A stretch of DNA of 64,000 nt, from NCBI GenBank assembly GCA_963718895.1, contig CAVRAG010000008.1, positions 32,001 through 96,000 of the forward strand, in the 5' to 3' direction. This document shows, one piece after another, positions 62,707-64,000 of the stretch (its first letter is position 1; every line of letters starts with the position of its first letter). The position numbers and the translations under genes were made by a program. The notes below the pieces were generated by a model. The model did not search any database. It saw only the letters and a program-made list of their open reading frames with translations, and was not told where the DNA came from. The stretch comes from an uncultured Nitrososphaerota archaeon (lineage in GTDB: Archaea; Thermoproteota; Nitrososphaeria; Nitrososphaerales; Gagatemarchaeaceae).

Positions 62707-63412
62707 CATCAAAGCGGTCATCCTCGCCGGCGGGCTGGGGACGCGTCTTCGGCCGTACACCCTGTTCCTCCCGAAGCCCATGCTCCCGGTGGGGCACAGG
62801 CCGATCCTCGAGCACATAGTGGAGTGGCTGAAGCAGAACGGCATCGAGGACCTGATCATCTCGACCGGGTATCTCGGGAAGGCCATCGAGGACTACTTCG
62901 GCGACGGCGGAGAGTTCGGGGTGAGGATAGAATACGCCCGCTCAAGAAGGCCCCTCGGCATAGCGGGGCAGCTGCGCAACGCGGAGAGCATGCTCGGCGA
63001 CCGGTTCGTCTGTCTCTACGGCGACGCCATCCTCGAGTTCGACCTCAGGAGACTGGTAAAGTTCCACGCCGAGAAGCGCGCCATGCTCACGATGGCGCTC
63101 ATGGAGGAGAGGATTCAGGGGAAGTACGGGGTCATAGAGCTCGAGGGCAGCGGCCGGATCAAGCGGTGGAAGGAGAAGCCGGTGATCCAGAACGACATTA
63201 ACATCGGGTGCTACGTGATGCAAAAGTCCTACCTCGGGTACATTCCCGCCGGCTCGACCTATGGGATGAAGGAGGCGTTCGAGGACGCGATGAATCACCA
63301 CGAACCTCTGTTCGGGCTGAAGGTCGAGGGCACCTTCAGGGACATCGGCGACAGGGCCGCCTTCAGAGAGGCCGACGAGTACTACTCGAAGCTCTACGGG
63401 AAGGTCCCCTAG
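62687..63412 (+). CDS. NDP-sugar pyrophosphorylase family nucleotidyltransferase (start approximate)
   Basis: KAVILAGGLGTRLRPYT..PKPMLPVG, YGD, DIG. Confidence 0.92.
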   Translation: MSKRAGNIKAVILAGGLGTRLRPYTLFLPKPMLPVGHRPILEHIVEWLKQNGIEDLIISTGYLGKAIEDYFGDGGEFGVRIEYARSRRPLGIAGQLRNAESMLGDRFVCLYGDAILEFDLRRLVKFHAEKRAMLTMALMEERIQGKYGVIELEGSGRIKRWKEKPVIQNDINIGCYVMQKSYLGYIPAGSTYGMKEAFEDAMNHHEPLFGLKVEGTFRDIGDRAAFREADEYYSKLYGKVP

Positions 63413-63427
63413 TCAGGGCGAATCCAG

Positions 63428-64000
63428 ATGAGCGTGGTCATCTTCGAGGACGACCGTTGGTCAGACTTCCAGCCCCTCAGCTCTACGAGGCACGTCGGAC
63501 AGCAGATACTCGGCAGAGGATCGATAATCGAAGAGGTCAAGGGGCGCGTGGACGACGAGGTCTCGCTGTCGGGCAGGAGCTATCTGGCCAAGAGTGTGGA
63601 GGAGGATACGAACCTGTCCTACAACGAGCGGGTCGACGGGAGCGTCCTGGCTGTGAACGCGAGGATCAACCCCCTCAAAGAGTTCGAGGAGATGGTCGCC
63701 GGGAAGTCGAACTTCGCCCTGCTCGACAGGGGGGAGGTCGCGATCGCACTGCTCACAAAGAAGAGCTTCGAGTCGGCCTCCGCCGCCGACGGGACGCTTG
63801 CGCAGAGGAAGCTCGCCTCGGCCGCGAAGAGCCTCGAGCGGATCGAGACCGTCGAGCCAATCTTGTTCAGGTACCCCTGGGAGATGCTCGCGGCCAACGG
63901 CCTCGCGCTGGAGACCAAGGCTGCAGGGACGGGAGACAAGAGGCTCGCCATCAGCCCGGACGCGGAGGTCGAGGAGTTCGTCACCTTCGACCCCACCACG
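63428..64000 (+). CDS. GlmU-like putative sugar nucleotidyltransferase, N-terminal part (runs off window)
   Basis: MSVVIFEDDRWSDFQPLSSTRHV, VNAR, YPWE. Confidence 0.75.
   Translation, partial: MSVVIFEDDRWSDFQPLSSTRHVGQQILGRGSIIEEVKGRVDDEVSLSGRSYLAKSVEEDTNLSYNERVDGSVLAVNARINPLKEFEEMVAGKSNFALLDRGEVAIALLTKKSFESASAADGTLAQRKLASAAKSLERIETVEPILFRYPWEMLAANGLALETKAAGTGDKRLAISPDAEVEEFVTFDPTT

Overview
High-GC archaeal chromosome segment. Archaeal type II GAPDH, GAPN, a group II chaperonin, TATA-type promoters with little or no leader, and PEFG-CTERM-like tails suggest a heterotrophic Nitrososphaerota-like lineage (inference). Roughly 20 or more genes carry single-base frameshifts, including housekeeping genes (aspartate kinase, homoserine dehydrogenase, GAPN), which points to long-read assembly errors rather than pseudogenisation. 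Layout: (1) a large surface protein and a repeat-flanked AbiE-like insert (1-5 kb); (2) a lower-GC glycosylation island between two paralogous membrane genes (6-15 kb); (3) a dense toxin-antitoxin (TA) hotspot with cargo genes (16.7-29.7 kb), punctuated by six intergenic copies of a 22-bp double palindrome, TCRAGCTTGA-TA-TCRAGCTBGA; (4) central and amino-acid metabolism (31-47 kb); (5) a degenerate chaperonin; (6) a tandem-duplicated Tat-exported GMC dehydrogenase whose small subunit carries a long coiled-coil stalk, next to a tethered cupredoxin (49.7-57 kb); (7) sugar-nucleotide transferases at the right end. The two best novelty candidates are the palindrome-punctuated TA/cargo array and the stalked GMC-cupredoxin system. 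No rRNA, tRNA, CRISPR array, integrase or intact transposase was recognised. All assignments are by eye, with no database search.
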